From contig OZ231126.1 of NCBI GenBank assembly GCA_965153355.1, positions 3,906,001-3,970,000 of the forward strand: DNA of 64,000 nt. Direction: 5' to 3'. The DNA comes from Flaccisagitta enflata. Lineage: Eukaryota. Below, piece after piece: positions 49,267 to 64,000 of the stretch. The notes beneath the pieces are model-generated. The model saw only the letters and a program-made list of their open reading frames with translations, made no database searches and was not told where the DNA came from. Numbering within the stretch: the first letter of the stretch is position 1; each line of letters starts with the position of its first letter. The translations under genes were made by a program, and so were the position numbers.

Positions 49267-50219
49267 ATTACGGAAAAAAAAGGTTAAATTGAAAAAAAAA
49301 CTTAAAAAAAGTTAAATTGCCATTAATTAAAAACTTGCAAAGATGCAAATCCCGGGTTTTATAAGCGAGGAGATTTTCATTATATTCTATCTTTGACGAA
49401 AGTTTTCTTCTAACAAGTCTCCGCTACTTTTTCTTAAGACTTTGTTAAAGAGTTGTCAACTTTCAAAGACATCGACAGTCGAAGGGGGGAAAAACCCACT
49501 CAGCAAATTATCTAGGCAGGACAGCTAACAAAATGAGAGAATCATCAGAGAAAAACTATCGTAAATTCTTGGAAACGACAATAACAAAGAAGTGGTACCC
49601 ATTTACAAGGCTTAAATTTCATCAGTCATTAAAAATTTAGCTTCCCTAGCCTTGAGAAAAGTATAAATATTTGCGCAAATTATTGCCGAGATATTTTCTA
49701 CATTCCTGTTCCAAAATACAAGCTAGAAGTGAAAAGGATCTGACCTCAGAAATGAGGCTAAATTCAGCTAAAAACGTACGACTGAAAAAGCGAGATGTGA
49801 TATACGCTACCACCACTCCACCAGTGCTACACCTCAAACATGTCCATCGACTCTGTCTCAAGAGTTCTCAGAAAAAATTTACCGCCGTAATTTTTCATCC
49901 GACATTTCCATTGGAAAGGCGTAACTTTTTTTCTTTATCGGCGAGCCCTCAGCTCTGGTCAACTTTTCATCTTTCAAACTGCGCATTCATTTATTAATAT
50001 AATATTTCACGCAAAGACGAATTCTTAAAGAATTTCGGCAAGACTTTAATCCGTCGGGAAGCTTCGTTGACACCAACATTGAAACGGTGACGATATCTAA
50101 AGGGAATACTCTCTTTCTCTCTCTCTCTCTCTTTTCTGCGTCCTAACTACTACAAAAAGAAGGAGGTCATCTCCACAAAAGACTCGTCAGTTGGTCTCTC
50201 TCGTCATTTTGTGTATATA

Positions 50220-50487
50220 CAGTCTATGGGCATATCTGTATTTGTAGATATATCAGCAGTTTGGTACATTTCAACCCGTTGATATCTCTCACTCCGGCAT
50301 ATTTCAACGGGTTGAAATTTTTCATTCTACTGATATTAATCTTGTAGAATGAGAGATTTCAACCTGTTGAAATGTGCCATAATGAGAGATTTCAACCCGT
50401 TGAAATATGCCAGAATGAAAGATTTCAACGGGTTGAAATATACCAAACTGCTGACATATCTACAAATACCGAAATGTCCATAGACTG
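50220..50487. mobile_element. Foldback MITE with TA target duplication just upstream of the myosin ATG
   Basis: TA|CAGTCTATGG.CAT..GTATTTGTAGATA.. and its reverse complement; internal TTTCAAC..GTTGAAA palindromes. Confidence 0.85.
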
Positions 50488-50531
50488 TATGCACGCATTT
50501 GATGCCTTTCTTGTTGTGGAATAATGCGAGC

Positions 50532-63587
<13,056 letters not shown>

Positions 63588-64000
63588 GTAACCATCGTTG
63601 ACGCAGAGAATGGACATCAGGTTGACAAACATGGCGGCATCGATGTAGGGCACGCCACGTCCAACACGTCCATGGAAGAGGGAAAAATCCGTCTCGAAAA
63701 GCAAGTCGGTCTTAATCAGGAGTGATTTATGGTTGAAAAGTTGAAAATTTCTTTGAAAAACAGCCTAAGAAGAGAAAAATTGAGTTTGCTTAAAATGTTA
63801 CAAAAAAGCCCCTAAATGTAAGATCATCATACAAAACTGATACAAAAAGTACTTTACTATTTTTTTAGTTTTCACTTTTTGGGCAGCGGCCCCGGAGGGG
63901 CCGATGACCTTTGATTCCACATTGGGCAATTTTCTCCGTTTTCCGTTCGTCCGTCCCCTTCCTCCTCCAAGCCTCAAATAAAGCCTCTCAGACCCCAAAT

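Noticed and set aside
63588-63725. GC-richer stretch after the last myosin exon, open on both strands
   Set aside because: In-frame TAA at the donor; no recognisable homology or splice context.

Overview
Repeat-rich animal (invertebrate-like) genomic DNA with spliceosomal introns; nothing prokaryotic, no CRISPR and no RNA genes recognised. Main content: (1) a minus-strand V-type H+-ATPase subunit a gene, 16 phase-compatible exons from 48433 down to the stop at 12633. Its N-terminal ~140 aa are not in the window. (2) An intronless divergent class A GPCR nested antisense in one of its introns (43711-44742). (3) A plus-strand class XV myosin (50532 to beyond the window end), probably also nested in a V-ATPase intron. 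(4) A small single-pass membrane protein gene that the ORF track catches only in part (exons 8538-8693 and 5997-6119), with a decayed paralogue at ~11170-11315. Introns hold nested non-autonomous hAT, Tc1/mariner-type and Helentron/DINE-like elements that carry satellites. The most unusual signal: tandem duplications that straddle splice sites occur at 9 of ~30 V-ATPase junctions and at a myosin junction. They form arrays of up to ~20 near-identical decoy acceptors or donors, and their differences from the real exon are mostly synonymous. All gene models were assembled by eye from GT/AG signals, reading frame and remembered family motifs, with no database search.
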